This document shows positions 11,531 to 24,988 of a stretch of DNA of 64,000 nt, one piece after another (the stretch's first letter is position 1; each line of letters starts with the position of its first letter). The notes below the pieces were generated by a model. It saw only the letters and a program-made list of their open reading frames with translations, had not been told where the DNA came from and did no database searches. A program made the position numbers and the translations under genes. Origin of the DNA: Klebsormidium nitens (taxonomy: Eukaryota > Plantae > Klebsormidiophyceae); contig DF236956.1 in NCBI GenBank assembly GCA_000708835.1, positions 186,001 to 250,000 on the forward strand, written 5' to 3'.

Positions 11531-14500
11531 ATGAATGGGACTGACAAGCCTGCGCAGGGGCATGAAGTCAAACGAAGAGCAATAGAACGAGGAAAGAGGG
11601 CGGAGTCTCCTGCGGAACAAAAGGTTAATCTCGGAAAGATCCGGCCTCATGCCTTGGAGCTTTCTGGGGATCCTGAGCAGCAGTACGATATGCTGTTGCG
11701 CCATATTGGCGAAGCAGAGGTGGTGATGATTGGAGAGGCTACACACGGGACTCACGAGTTCTATGAAGAGCGGGCACGAATCACCAAGCGCCTTGTTGAG
11801 GAGAAGGTACGCTTGGAAGTCAATTTCTTGCATTGTTTCGAACTTCTCTGGAGCTTTTTGCTTTATTTTGAAGTTTTCTGAAACCCTTTGCTTTGTTACA
11901 GATGGAAGTATATACCCAAGTGACCAACGAAACGGACCCTTTCCTTTGTTGCTTTGGATTCCTATGATTTCTCCAGATATCCTTAAACCTTCAGGGATCG
12001 AGTTGACGAGAAGAGAAATGCCTACGATTCAGGACTTTAGGATATCAATCATCTCATTTCAACAATGAAGAAGCTGGTATTCTCGTGTGACTTATGTGAC
12101 GTCCGCTCAATCATCCTCGCTGTAACTGCGCGCACTAGATGATTTGTAAGGATAGCAGCCATGGCCTACGGCCTGTGATCTGATTATCAGGTGCCTTTTG
12201 AACAACATGAGAGCACGGACAGCATCTGCTGATCGAGCTGAATCTGGTCAACTTAACCTTTTTGCATCAAACCTCGCAGGGTTTCACAATGGTGGTCTGC
12301 GAAGCGGACCTGGTCGACATGGACCACGTGAACCGCTACATCCGCGGCAGGTCGCCCAAAGAGAACGCGGCCGCGGCGCTTTCGGGGTTTAGGAGATACC
12401 CCCTGTGGATCTTCAGAAACACGGCGGTGGCCGACTTTGTGGAGTGGGCCAAACAGCACAACGAGTAAGGGACATTTTGAGGGACATCTTCGTTGTGAAC
12501 GCTCCAAAAGACGTCGCTGCTTGAAGCTGAGGAGGAATGTGAAGCGCCTCACATGTCAATTGTCCTCTAGTTGCAAAGTGACTGGATGAAGCTGACACTA
12601 GAGACCTGGACTTTTGCAAAGTTGTCTGGATGAAACTGACAGGAACACGTAGTCGAATTTGAACTCGATCTCTGCCGTCACAGTCATGAGAGCATTTCAT
12701 GATCACGAAATGATGTGCATTGTTCTTGAACCGAAAGGGCTTTCTTTGCGTTCTAGAGCTGACATTCTCTGAGAGTGTGGATTTGAGAGTTCTTGTAAGA
12801 CCTCTGTCTCATCAACCTGACAAAATCAAGACAAATTCAAGAGGCATGTTGAGCTCCTTTTGCATCCTGTGCAGGCAGGTGATTTCTAAGCACAAGCCCA
12901 GCCGGTAAGACTCGACTTTGCATACCTCCCTTGTACGAATGATGTGATTGTCCGTCCGCGAGGGATATTCCTAACAATCGGATTGCAATACGGTGGAGAA
13001 AACCGCATTCGAGGAATGCGCCCGCTATGAATGCCTTCCGGTCTGTCAACAAATGTATTGACTGCTGTATTTGTTCTCAAAGGCCTGTTCCATCTGAGTT
13101 GAGCAATATCTCATTGGCTCAGGAATACGATCGATGTCTTTCCAAATCCCAATCAAGCTTTACAATTAGTCAATTAACTTGCTTTGTCTTCTGCAGACGC
13201 GCGGTGTCTCTTCACGGCTTTGACCTGCAAGGGTTGTACAAGTCGCTGGAAGTCGTCATCCAGTATCTAGAGAAGCGAGACCCGCAAGCGGCAAAACTAG
13301 CCAGGCGAGCTTTCGTGATCCTTCCCTCGATTCATCACGCAGCATCTTCAGGTTTTTGCACCAATCGAGCAAAGTTCGAGACAAGCTTACACGTTCTTAA
13401 CCAGATTGATCTGCTTGATCTGCCTCTCTCTCAAGATATCTCCAAGCTCAAGCTCAGTCAAAGGGTCCTACCATTTCTTTCGACCAAGTAGTTGTGAGGG
13501 AACGGGTTACCGACTTCTGATTCAGGCGAAGCAATCATCGACCCAGGTTAGCTTGAACAGCTCAAATTTTGTCTTCGAACTTCGCGTGCGCTCCTAAATA
13601 GGTTCTTGGCCTGCTGCTCCTTGCCTGTGGCTTGGTAACCGAGGTTGTGGGTCTGCTTAACCGACGGAAACAGTCTCCTTGGACTGAAATTCAGCTTCTT
13701 TTTTCTCCCAAGCATGATAGCGCTGCCCTCGTGACAGGTCAAGAATCCGAATAGGAAGCAATTCTTCGATCAAAGCAAGTTCAGCGTTTGTACTACCATA
13801 CCCAAAATTGCACGATTTGGAATTGGGTTTATATCAGAGCCTGTTTAGAAGCCCGATGGCCGGTCCCCAAAAAGGGGTCAACATCATGCCGTTCAGATTT
13901 TTAAGACAACTCTGGGAAGGACGCATCAGTGGTGCCTCTAACACGTCAGCACCGGACACCGTTTTTGGAGCTTTTCGTGCTCGCGGACAGAACGAACCAA
14001 CCCTCTCCCAGCAATACGAGAATCGGCGGTCTCGCTTTGGATGCCTCTGTATTCGCCCTCCTTGGATAACAATAAGTTTGCCGTAAAGAAGTCGTAAGGC
14101 TGACGTTCGAACGGCCGGCTCTCAGGCAACGCTACGCCCGCTTCTACCAATTCGCCCCCGACCCCCACGACTACGGCCTCGGCACGTCAGCAGGCGGCAG
14201 CAGCGACAGCTGTCAGCACGATTGCGCGCGCATGCTCGCGGAGCTGCGCGAGCTGGGGCCCGAAACGCGCGCGCCGGGAGGCGATAAGCATCGACATCGG
14301 TGCCAGGACGATGCTTACTTCTTCGCGCTCCAGGTACGAACTTAGCTGGGGGCCCAAGCCGAAAGGCCTGTAGGATTTTAGGCAGCAAGATTCTAGGTGG
14401 TGTAAGGTTACAACCCGGTTAGCGGGTGGGTTAGGTTAGCGTGGGTAACTTTGGGAAGCGCGATTTTGGTACGAGAACACGTTTATAGAACACCTATCAT

Positions 14501-17330
14501 CGCTCTCTGATCTGCTTTGAAAGCTGTGGACATTTACACAGGGCAAAACTCTGTCAAACAATCTCACTCGTTCTACTGATATCTATGACGAATTCATTGA
14601 CAGATATAAGCAAGGAGGGTTCGTGTTATTGCAGAACGCGGTGGTAGTCCAAGATTCGGAGGCCTACTATCGGACGCTATACGAATCCTACGAAACCGCG
14701 TGGAATGTCCGCGACCGGCACATGTTCAACGCATTAGTGGGTGAGTGCTAGTATCTGCCGTCGGTTCCCCTTTTCCTCGCGTTCCGTAACACAGATTCGG
14801 AAATGAAGTATCCATCTTCGGCATTGAAAGAGCTGGGAGTATAAATTACTGAAAAATTGGCTCTTCGCCCCAGGAAATATCGCTGTTTAGAGATCAATCG
14901 GAAGCGGCAGATTGTGTCGACCTTACTTCAGGCAGAGAGAATTGCTTTGACTGGGCTGTAGGGTTGTGTTCCGTCGCAAAGGGTGGAGATTAAACGGTTC
15001 CGGTGCACCCTAGAAGGCCGGCGGAAGCCGCACCCATGTCTTTCAGATTGAAGACGAGACTCCACAATCAACATCAACTCACTCGTCAGGACACTCTCTG
15101 CACGTCTGAAAAGCAAAGAGCCCTGAGGTGTACAAGCCACAGAACCATAACGACAACTGGAAATTGTGTGGAAAGGAATTGAGCAAGAACAGCGTTTATA
15201 TTGCCGGTACTTCTCTGTGCAGCCCTGAAGGACCACTGCGAGGCGCTGTGCGGGCGGCCTTGCAAGGTGGTCGTTTGGGCGCACAACTGCCACGTCAGCG
15301 ACGCGCGCGCGACGGAGATCGCCTGGGACTGGGGGCAGATCAACCTGGGGCAGCTGGTCAAGGAGAAGTACGGGGAGAAGGCATTCAGCATTGCATTCAG
15401 GTACCATCCAAGTTCAGAAGGTGTTTGTTTGAAAACAGTGGGAGGGTGCTATCTTCTATTGATTTATTCTGACATTGTTGCAGGAGAAGATTCTCGAGAT
15501 GTTATATTAGTTTGAGCTTAAGTGCCTTCCAGCAAAGAGAAAAGGGGTGGATAGGACAAGGGGTGGATAGGACTGGAGCGACAAAATATTGATGCTTGTA
15601 TCTTTGTAGAATGTTTGTAATTTTCTGCGTATTTAAACCGAGCTCTAGAAGTGCAAGCAAGTGAGCCACGAGACTCTCTGCTTGCGCGCAGAAGATTTGG
15701 GCAAGGAGGATAACCGAGTCGCGCAGTAACAGCAAGAAGAGGCCTTCGATTCTCTCAGGGTCTTGAATGCGACTCTCCTGATCCTCAATACGACCAATTG
15801 CATCACCACTTTTGTCTGGGATTGACTCCAATCCTGCTCTGCTTCGACTCCACATCAAGCGTGTCCACTCCCGATTGCTCCGTACTTCGACTTCCAGCTT
15901 TGATGGGACAGTAAATGACGGCACTTTTTCTGCCGCGTGCAGCACCTACAGCGGAAGTTTGACGGCGGCCCCCGCGTGGGGCGAAGCGGGGCGGCGCGTG
16001 CAGCTGCCGCCCGCAATGGCAGGCTGCCAAGAGGATGTGTTCCATCAGGTAAGACATACCGCCGCACTGTGAGAGCGGGGTCAAGGAGAATCAGTAATTT
16101 GGGGACCGGGGCCGGGGATGCTGTTGGAAGGGCTGACGTGGCGAGATTTAGGGTTTTGACCCGGGGTTTTAGACCCGGTTTTGACCCGGGTTTTGACCCG
16201 GGCTTCCCCCTCAATGATTGGTTGGAATGTAGCCTAGCCCAGGGTTTTGCTCCTAAACCTCGCCACTTCAGCCCTTCCAACAGCATCGGCCCGGCCCCGG
16301 TCCCCAAATTACTGATTCTCTTTGACCCCGCTCTGTCAGATAATGAAAGATCCTTCTGTACGAGAAAAAAGAAATGAGGCCGGTTGAGACAGCATTCCGT
16401 CTGCTGAAGGAGGTAAGGCACCGATGTATTTTGAATCTGAGGTCTCGTTTTGCGTCACCCGGTGTAGGATTTTGGACGCCACAAAGGATCGCGTTCGGTT
16501 GCAAAGCTGGGCCTTTGATGCTCTTCCCACCACAAGAAGCAGGTTGGACTGCAAGTTTGTCTTATTTTGTTTTTTGTTCTCTCATCTTTTCGGGATTCCA
16601 AGTTCTTTCACTCCGACGCAATATCTGGTTGTTAGGAAGGTGGAGGGGCTCTTCGCCCCCCTAGGGGAATATCGAGTTGTTCCTTTCGACACGGTGACTT
16701 TTTCGGCGACCAGCTTGCTGTCTTGGCCCCTGCAGTTGTCGCTCCCGCGCTTCCTGCTGGATTCGAGTCGAGCGGAGCCGCAGGACCTGGAGCTCATGAA
16801 ACGGTCAATCGGTCTTGTGTACCGAGAAGATTCTGAGGAGACGTACAACTACTACCGGGTAAAGGTGAGGCGCGGCCCTGGTTGAGTGCTCGAACCCTGC
16901 GCGCTTGGTTGCAAATGAAGACAGCAAGAAGAATCAGCGTCATCATGTTCGTTTGGTGAAACGTTTCTTGCTTCGTGCAGACTAGCGTTTGGTTGCCCCC
17001 TTGTGCGTGTTGGAAGCAGCACCGGTTCAGCGCATGTTGAGCGCAAATCAGCCTTGCTGCAAACTGATTCCAGGAATTCGATACTGACGAATGTCCCGAA
17101 TTTTTGACATTCAACTGGGAGAATGTCCCCAAAGAAAGCACCAGTGTCGACGTCATCATGGTAAACCCTTAGAGTCCCATAATGCGTTGTGCTTGCAGGT
17201 CTTCCAGCAGTATGACAGGATGATCTTTATTGACCAGACGAGGGCGGTGGAGCCGCTAGACGAAGAGTCAGTGTCGAATAGGATTGGGAAGGATGACGAG
17301 ATGCCTCAGACCTACCCTCTTGGGGTCTAG
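11531..17330 (+). CDS. erythromycin esterase family hydrolase, copy A (475 aa)
   Basis: Exons 11531-11806, 12280-12464, 13197-13304, 14126-14333, 14635-14740, 15223-15400, 15943-16048, 16736-16864, 17199-17330 (1428 nt, phases consistent; intron 3 has a GC donor). Family motifs: [93 protein letters not shown]-stop. Confidence 0.93.
16072..16334. mobile_element. MITE-like foldback element in intron 7 of esterase A
   Basis: About 80-bp inverted arms (16072-16152 AGAGCGGGGTCAAGGAGAATCAGTAATTTGGGGACCGGGGCCGG... and 16252-16334) with few mismatches. The interior carries TTTTGACCCGG tandem units. Non-coding; no exact target-site duplication seen. Confidence 0.6.
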
Positions 17331-18416
17331 AAAACGTGTGATCTCTGGTTTGGAGCCGATACTAAGACTGAAATGAGATCAGATTACAGTGTTTTGAAAT
17401 CTAACATGTGACGGAACATCAGAGTGCTTCATCTTTTTTAGGAAGGTAGCTTTCTAGATTATCATTTGGTGCGATCTGATTCATTTGCGTACGTTTTGTA
17501 CCAATGTAGCTTCAGTATTGATGTAGCAGTGTTCAAAGAAGAGTTAGACGTCGGGAACCGCAAGAAACAGTCCTTAGGATCTTTAGATGGCCAACGTACT
17601 GTCCGTAAAGATTTTATTCCGTGCTTCCTTGGCTATAAATCACCGTCAGGCTCCAATCGCAACAAGGATTCCGTCCGAGTCAGATATTCACGAGTATTGA
17701 TCAGCGGCAGCAAAAGAGCCTTCTGACCAGCGGCCCAGCTGATCAGCAATTTCAATACTTCTGCGCCTATCGTTTACATTCGAACTTCGCATCGTCGCGG
17801 AACATCGCATGTTCAGAAGACAATGATTGCTCGGAGGCTTTCTTCAAAATCGGCATGAATAAGGCGTCCGCTTCGATCGGTGCGTGCAACTCTTGACCAC
17901 GTGCGCCCGTTGCATACATAGCTGTCGATCTTCCCACGCACATGCCTTCGAATCTGACTAGCCGTTATCATGCAAATGCGAGCCTCGCCGTAGAAGATAA
18001 GCAGAGCACGGAGTCAAATTACAGAACGCATTCGCGGCCACATGTCTCCAAACCCATTATAAGTTGTTTTGAAGATAAGTTGGGTTTGAAGTCGGAAAAA
18101 TGGAAGCGAGGAAGATCGACGTTTCTTGTTCCGGAATCCGTGAATTTGAGCAATTCAGCAACGCTAGCGCTTGAATTGGATCTAATCTATTCCCCGAACA
18201 CTGCTAAGACCTTAAAAATACTCACCGCGAAGTGGTCACGAACAGAATCTATGTTTCTTCTCTGAGCGCACGCCAGCGCTGCAGCTTTTATGTACTTTAA
18301 AAGCTTGACCTTGATTAAGCCCTATAAGGTGACCTGCGTAACTTATCTTCCTTCTACGGCCTAAATTTGCTTAGTCGAGCGTGTGCGCGCCTCGCCAGTT
18401 TACTGAGGTCAGGCAT

Positions 18417-21400
18417 CTAGATTCCAAATGGATAAGTCTGAGGCGTCTCGTCTACCTCCTCAATCTCGCCAGACGCCGACTCATTGTCGAGAGGTTCCAC
18501 CGCAGTTGTTCGGCCGATGTGGATCATACTGTCGTACTGCTGGAAAACCTGAGGAGGAAATCGAGTTAAGCGCTGGGTTCAGCCCCAGCAAAAAGTAAGC
18601 CGGGTATGAAAGCCTTGAAGACTTATCGCACACAAAGGACACTTATGTTTCTGCTTCGAGCATCGCGGATGTGCTGCCCAAGTAACATCGAAGTCGCTGC
18701 CATTTGCTGAACTTCATTTCCTTGTAACATACATCGCACGTTGCTGATATTCTGGGCTCTGTCAAAAACTCAGGTAAATATTTCGAGATTCAGCCGACCA
18801 GGAAATTGGCCCTTACCTTGGCCCTGTAATAGTTGTCCCCCTCGGCATCTTCTCGGTACACGAGGCCGATGGACCGCTTCATCAGCACAATGTCGTGCGG
18901 TTCGGCCCTCCGCGAATCCAGCAGAAAGCGGGCGGGCGACACCTGGCGGGAAGGGTTGGCACCTTGGTTACCGGAAGACGGGCCTGCGAAGCGACTCCGA
19001 TTGCCGTACATCTATCAGACAAGTAGGTCACCCGTTGATTCGGTTTGCCGGGAACCATTCTTCGCTGATTTCTCTTCCAGTCTCGTATGCTCCGAGTCGG
19101 AAACGAGATGCAAATGGGGACGTAATCGGAGTATCAGCAGAAACCAACCGAAAAGGAGCACGAAGCGGAAGAGATGGTAGGAGGATCTCTGTGATCAATG
19201 CATCTAAGAAGCCCAGGTTATGACTTTCCAGACCTTAAAATGCTCAGAAGGCGACGAATTCGTTTCATACGGAGAGACTCACCTGCTCTAGAGTGCATTC
19301 AAAGGTGCCTGGAGCCGGGGGCCGGAGCTGCACGCACCGCCCGGGCTCCCCCAACGCAGGGGCCGCCGTGAGGGTGCCACCAAAAGTGCTGGCCAAAACA
19401 AGGACAAAAGTTGGAAAGAATTACTCTCAGTGTTTGGAGCGTCGTTCTGGATTCGCAGTTCGGACCAATCGGCTCGGGAGGAGGAAGAAGGAGCAGAGTC
19501 GGGTCCGTTGATGTCTAGAAGCTGAGTTCTGAAGCGGTATTGTCTACGGATGATTGGTTCGAGTCTGGTTCTTTAGAGGATCTTCATAGACCTAGCACTT
19601 CTTCAAAATCCATATTAGGGCCTTTTATGGCAGATACTTTGGAAACGGTCGGTCTCTTCGAAGCCAACTCCTCACATCCTAACAACAACAGATAGTTCTG
19701 ATTAACACCGCGTAAAATCTGACTCCTACTTTACCTGAAGCCAATGCTGAAAGCGTCGTCGCCAAACCGTTCCTTGCACAGCTGCCCCGTGTTGATCTGG
19801 TTCCAGTCCCAGGCGATCTCCGTCGCGCGCGCATCGCTGACGTGGCAGTTGTGCGCCCACACGACCGCCTTGCAGACCCCGCCGCACAGCTCCTCGCAGT
19901 GCTCCTTCAGGGCTGCGCAAGAGCAAGTGGACGAATCTAAGAATGTCTGCGGAAGATTGCTCTGCTATTGTCCTTTTTTTTAAGCTTTGCTTCGTTTCAG
20001 TTGTTTTCTCTACCTTATGGAAACGAAGCAAAGGTTGTGTGATATGAGTCGAGATTCTGAGATGTTTTGGATTTTAGCGTGCTCCATAAGATTTATTGGC
20101 AGCCCACGTACTGGAGTCCGCTTTCTCTCAAACACAATAGCTGCCGCCATGAGAGGACCAGAATTGCATAGTCTGATCCGCGGTCCCATATTCGGACGTC
20201 GTGCCAATATGTGCCAAGCACGATATTGCAGCACCAGACAAGACCAGTCTGCAAAATTTCATCACCTGTAAAGCTTCACATCTGCATTGAAGCACACCAG
20301 GATTCCGACATGGGAAGCAAGATGTCCAGGAGATTTACCTGCCTCCATTCAAAAGAACTCTGCTGAGATTCTCGCAAACCCACCCACTAGCGCGTTGAAC
20401 ATGTGTCGGTCGCGTATGATCCACGCAGCTTCGTACGATTCGTAGATGGTCCGGTAGTACGCCTCCGCATCTTTCACCACGACTGCGTTCTGCAACGAAC
20501 CACGACGCATAGAGTTCAAGAAGGGGTGTCGGAGACAGCGTCAGTGGGCTTCGAAGTTGGCACCGATTCCTTCATTCTGGAGAATCTTGGGCCGTCCAAT
20601 AGTCCTAGGAGGCACCATCGCGCGGCTCAAACGCGCTTCCGGAGCTTCAGCTTTGAGGCTTCCGTGCCAGATCGAATGCAAACAGCTGCTTAGGTATCCC
20701 TTGAAAGCAGGTTAATCAGTGGTATGGCTTTCTCCTTGAGATTGCCAATCACGGGGCGAACGGACGAATATGACGCCCGGAGACTGTATCCTCTCCAATG
20801 GTACGGAACTCATTGCCGTTAAAGATGAGTAACATGCGCGCTTGGTTGCACGCCTGCTGATCACTGAAAAGCCGCACATGCTCAATGCAGAGGGACCGAG
20901 CTTCCAGCATAGAAGAAGCACGATCAATGCTTTGCCGTTCAAAAAAGGCGTTTACAGAAGCGTTTGGCCTAGACCAGCAGAAGAAGAAGTGTAAGCGACT
21001 TCAAACGACTGATTTCCCTGTGTTTAACCTTTCAAGCGTCAAACAAAACCCCACTTCCACCTGCAATGCAAAAAAGTACTCATCGTCCTGGCAGCGGTGG
21101 CCGCACGCGCTGTCGCGAGCGGCCGCGGCCGCGGCCGCGGGCCGCCCCATGTCCTGCAGCTCGGCGAACACAAGGGTGACGTCATCCTCGCAGCTGTGGC
21201 CGTGTCCGCCTGACGTGGCGAAGCCGTATTCGTGCGCGTCGGATGCGAATTGAGCGAAGCCGGAGTAGCGCTGCCTGGAAGGACAAGATTGACCAATTGT
21301 AGAATTATAAAGGCGGGTTTCAATGTTTTTGAGAGCGACGTGTTTTCCGCTGACAAATTCTAACTGAACTTGTTGGGTTTCAGGTCAAGGGGACTTTGTT

Positions 21401-23638
21401 AGCGGACGGCTTCAGGCTGATTTCCTTCAAGGATCTCGACAATCATGCTCGCTTCAAATTTGAAAGGGAGTCGAGACGGCGGAAGAATCTGCAAGATCGA
21501 GCAGAAGAATTTGAATACGTGCGTCTCTCTTCTTTCAACCAACTTACCAAGATGTGTATTCTGTTTTCAATCCAATTCGCAGTTTTCCGCCAATCTAGTC
21601 GATCGGATAAAGATTCTGAATATAATTCAAGAGCGAGAGTCCCCTGGACCGACGCAATTCCGTATGTTCAACCAGCGCGCACTGATTCATATCGCAGGAG
21701 CAGACTCCAGGCGTATGAAGGTAAGCATGTTCACAGCAGTGATCAGAGAAATCAATCCGAACTAGAGAGGTTCTGGAAAGTCGAAAAATAAGTCGCACAG
21801 GACAAACGGCCAGCTTATACATCACCTGTAGAAATTCCAGAACATTAGGGGAAGGAATGAAGACAGTGTGCGGTCTCACTTAGCCCGTTCTGCGGCTTCG
21901 GGGTCTCTCTTCTTTAGATACTGGATAACCACGTCCAAGGACTTATAAAGTCCGTGCAGGTCGCACCCGTGGATCGATACTGCACAGCTGCAGCACCGTT
22001 TTGAAGCCGTGTTACAAAGTGTCTTAGGAGGGTTTGCTTTACAAGCATCTAGATTGCAGGGCGAAGTCTTTGGCTATTTTGCCTGAAACCCTGTCTCAAT
22101 TTGTCTCGAGCATCTTCTGAATGGCGAGGACTTATTCAGGCGTTGAAGAATTCAGCAGAGAGCATCGCATACGGTAGATGATGAATGGAATGGTAAGAAT
22201 GATGCCTTGAAACTCATGTAAGAGCTCCACAGAGGGTCAGAGCCTTGGTGGGGACGTCAATAGCTTGTTACAACGAAATGCGTTTTCTCATGGTAATGTA
22301 GCTCAGAAGTGAAGAAACTTACCCGTTCCGGGTATCCTGCAGAAACACCTTCCTGAGAAGGAAAGAAGTTGAAAAGTGATTGAGGTAATTAACAACGCAC
22401 CACGCAGTAACCTACGTGGCAAGCCAGAATGCACACGCAGATTCAGAGTCTGCTGACGTCATTGCCCTTTTCCAACAAAGCGCAACTCCAATCAGCAGGA
22501 AACATAAAAGTCGGAAACGAGAAGTATGTGCATGAGTCTCAGCATGGAAAGTGGAGTCTTACAGACCAAAGCTCGGTCAGCTGAACCATTCTGAGGGCGG
22601 CAAGTTGACCAAGGAGCTTGGTCATCTCCCTTCGTCAATCCTCCGCAAAGTCACATGCATGCAATCAAAGCGAAGGGGCAATTCCCAACTGCCTTCGAGC
22701 ATGCATATGGCCACCTGATCAACCAGGATCATCTCAACCAGAAACTATCGTCCTCACTCGTTGTGCCGTCTGGCCCACTCCACGAAGTCCTCAACTTCCT
22801 TGTTTCTCCAGATCCACCGCGGGTAATGGGTAAACCCTGAAAGCGCCGCGGCCGCGCTGCCGTCAAGCGACTCGCCGCGGACGTAGCGGTCCACGCGGGC
22901 CATGGCGACCAGGTCCGCCTCGCAGACCACCAGCGAGAAGCCCTGCAACTCCCATTCTGGGGGTCAGATATTCGGCAAGTCAATGATATAGAACACCTGA
23001 GAGTATTGCAACATATATGAATGAAAGAAAGAGGCTTGATACAATTCTGAAAGCGAGAAGAGAGCTGCTTGGATTCCTGTGAATGAGCAACCGGACTGCT
23101 TTCTTGCATTCATTCAAATTCATGCAGGGCTGTGAAAGGGAGGAGCATGTTTCCATCCAAGATTATAAGTCGAAAAGAACAAGGATGCGGTTTCACATCA
23201 GGTCAAAACAAAGCTTGCCAATGCGCCAAAGACCGCAAGCAAGAAGCAAACGGGAATTCGCTGGTGTTCCGTCAGATTCCATAGGAATTATTGAGTGCTT
23301 TAAGAATCAAACCTGATTTAACCCTGTATTACCTTCTCCTCGATGAGGCGCTTGGAGATGTTCGCACGTTCTTCATAGAACTCTCGCGATCCATGCGTTG
23401 CCTCCCCAATCAGCACAACCTGCGCGTCGCCAATCTCACGCAGCAGCTCTTCGTACCTCTGCGGCTCTGAGAGACACGAAACCAAGCTTTCTACATGAGC
23501 TCGCACGCCATCGATGTCTAAGCTTCGACCCGCTTCTAGTGCCTTCTTCCCAAGCTCAGACTCGAGGCCCATCTCTCTCCCTCTTTCAAGGCGCTGTCGC
23601 CAGAAGTCATGATGCGGGGGAAGCTTTTGTGGCGTCAT
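18417..23638 (-). CDS. erythromycin esterase family hydrolase, copy B (486 aa)
   Basis: Exons 23638-23333, 22942-22758, 21987-21880, 21274-21061, 20489-20384, 19912-19735, 19388-19283, 18942-18817, 18548-18417 (1461 nt). Same eight intron positions as copy A, all GT-AG. Motifs IGEATHGSREFYEER, WAHNCH, ETPQTYPFGI-stop. Confidence 0.93.
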
Positions 23639-24369
23639 CCAGCTTGACTTTGCTGCAGGATTTGCAGCTATCGTTCTCTATATCTGGAGGTGGCTGCTCT
23701 GACCAGCTGTAAGCTTGCGTCCTTGAAGATGTCTGCGGAATCAGAAGTGTTCTTTACATTTGAGCAACGCTGCTGCTCGTAAGCTTGCTCGGTTAAGTAT
23801 CTGGAGGACGCAGCTTATTGAAGCCAGGCTGTACAGCAATCGCAGGTTTTATTATAGGCAGTCCTTGGGCAACTTCGAGGGACACACACCTTCGTACAAG
23901 GTCAGATTTAGAACAGAAGCAAGGTCTTCCAATGAAAGATCTGCAAAGCTGGGTAGTGTAAGCAGGTTGCTTGTACAAGGGCCTTCCTCAAAGCAAATGG
24001 CTTCCAGCTGCTTCTTCAAACGTCAACAAACTCGCAAACTTCTTGTAATCTCTTCTGGATTGCAACTCGCGGGGTTCAGCTCCAACCTTCCTCCTAAGTA
24101 TGCTCAGTAGGATGTCACCAACGACACACTGCAGGAAGCTGCATATGCATAGGCTTCAACGTTGGTCAAGCCAATCGGTTGATACACACTCAATCTTGCT
24201 GTCAAGAACAACTTCAGAAAGCTTCTGCTCATCATCCCAATTGTGGTCAAGCTGCACTACGTAGTATGCCTTCTTGAAAACTTTCATGGCTATGTCTACC
24301 GGTCCACTTTGCTTCATTTCAAGGTTGGAAGCCTTTACGACGTGACCCTTGGCTTGTCCCCTGAGGAGC

Positions 24370-24386
24370 CACGTGTGTCCACGTCA
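24370..24386. promoter_or_regulatory. G-box (CACGTG) plus CCACGTCA/TGACGTGG bZIP-site pair upstream of esterase B
   Basis: CACGTG-tgt-CCACGTCA about 730 bp upstream of the ATG; the same pair with 3-nt spacing is at 32581-32597 upstream of copy C. Function is inferred from known bZIP site consensus. Confidence 0.4.
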
Positions 24387-24988
24387 TCGTGTTCAAAGCC
24401 AAAGAAAGAGCGAAGCGTGAGTGACGTGGACCTGGAAAGTCGGTACGTGATTGGTCGACAGAAGCCCAGGTGCATGCCTTCGACGCGGTGTATGTGGGGT
24501 TTGCTCGAAGCATTTGCTGCGCAAGGAATCGAGGTGTACAAGCTCCAACAGCTTTTGACGAAGCAGCATCGCAATCTGTTTCGTAACCTGAAACCATCTG
24601 GATTCGATCTGTGGATAATTGATGAGCTGTATGCCAGCCACATATTGGCTTGCCTCTTCCTGCAGGGAAGAGGGCATCCATACAAATCGGGATTTTTGCC
24701 GCTGTACGGCGCCGCTCTGCGGGCCCGCCATTAGACCTGCGCTTCGGTTGGCCCGTTTCGACGATAAAACTCAGCGTACGGCCTAGAAAAATGCCTTACA
24801 AAGGTTGCGAGATTTGGCTCGACTGGGCCCGCGTGCGGCGCAGTTCGCAGCTTACGAATCGAACAATTTTAGTCCGACCAGTGGATGGTGAAAATCCTGG
24901 TGTCGAGCTTCGTGCATGTTCGCGGACTTCGACGCCGAAGTTTCGTGCTTGCTTGGTCGGTGGTGTCACGGCTAACAAATCCACACCG

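Noticed and set aside
23640-24300. Long N-terminal coding extension of the esterases
   Set aside because: In-frame stops lie 14-18 codons upstream of the ATG in B and C, and the upstream similarity is out of frame between copies.
24243-24734. 163-aa plus ORF containing FDLWIIDE (Walker-B or UGT-like)
   Set aside because: The homologous segment upstream of copy C has several stops, mismatches show no third-position bias, and the start codon is non-ATG.
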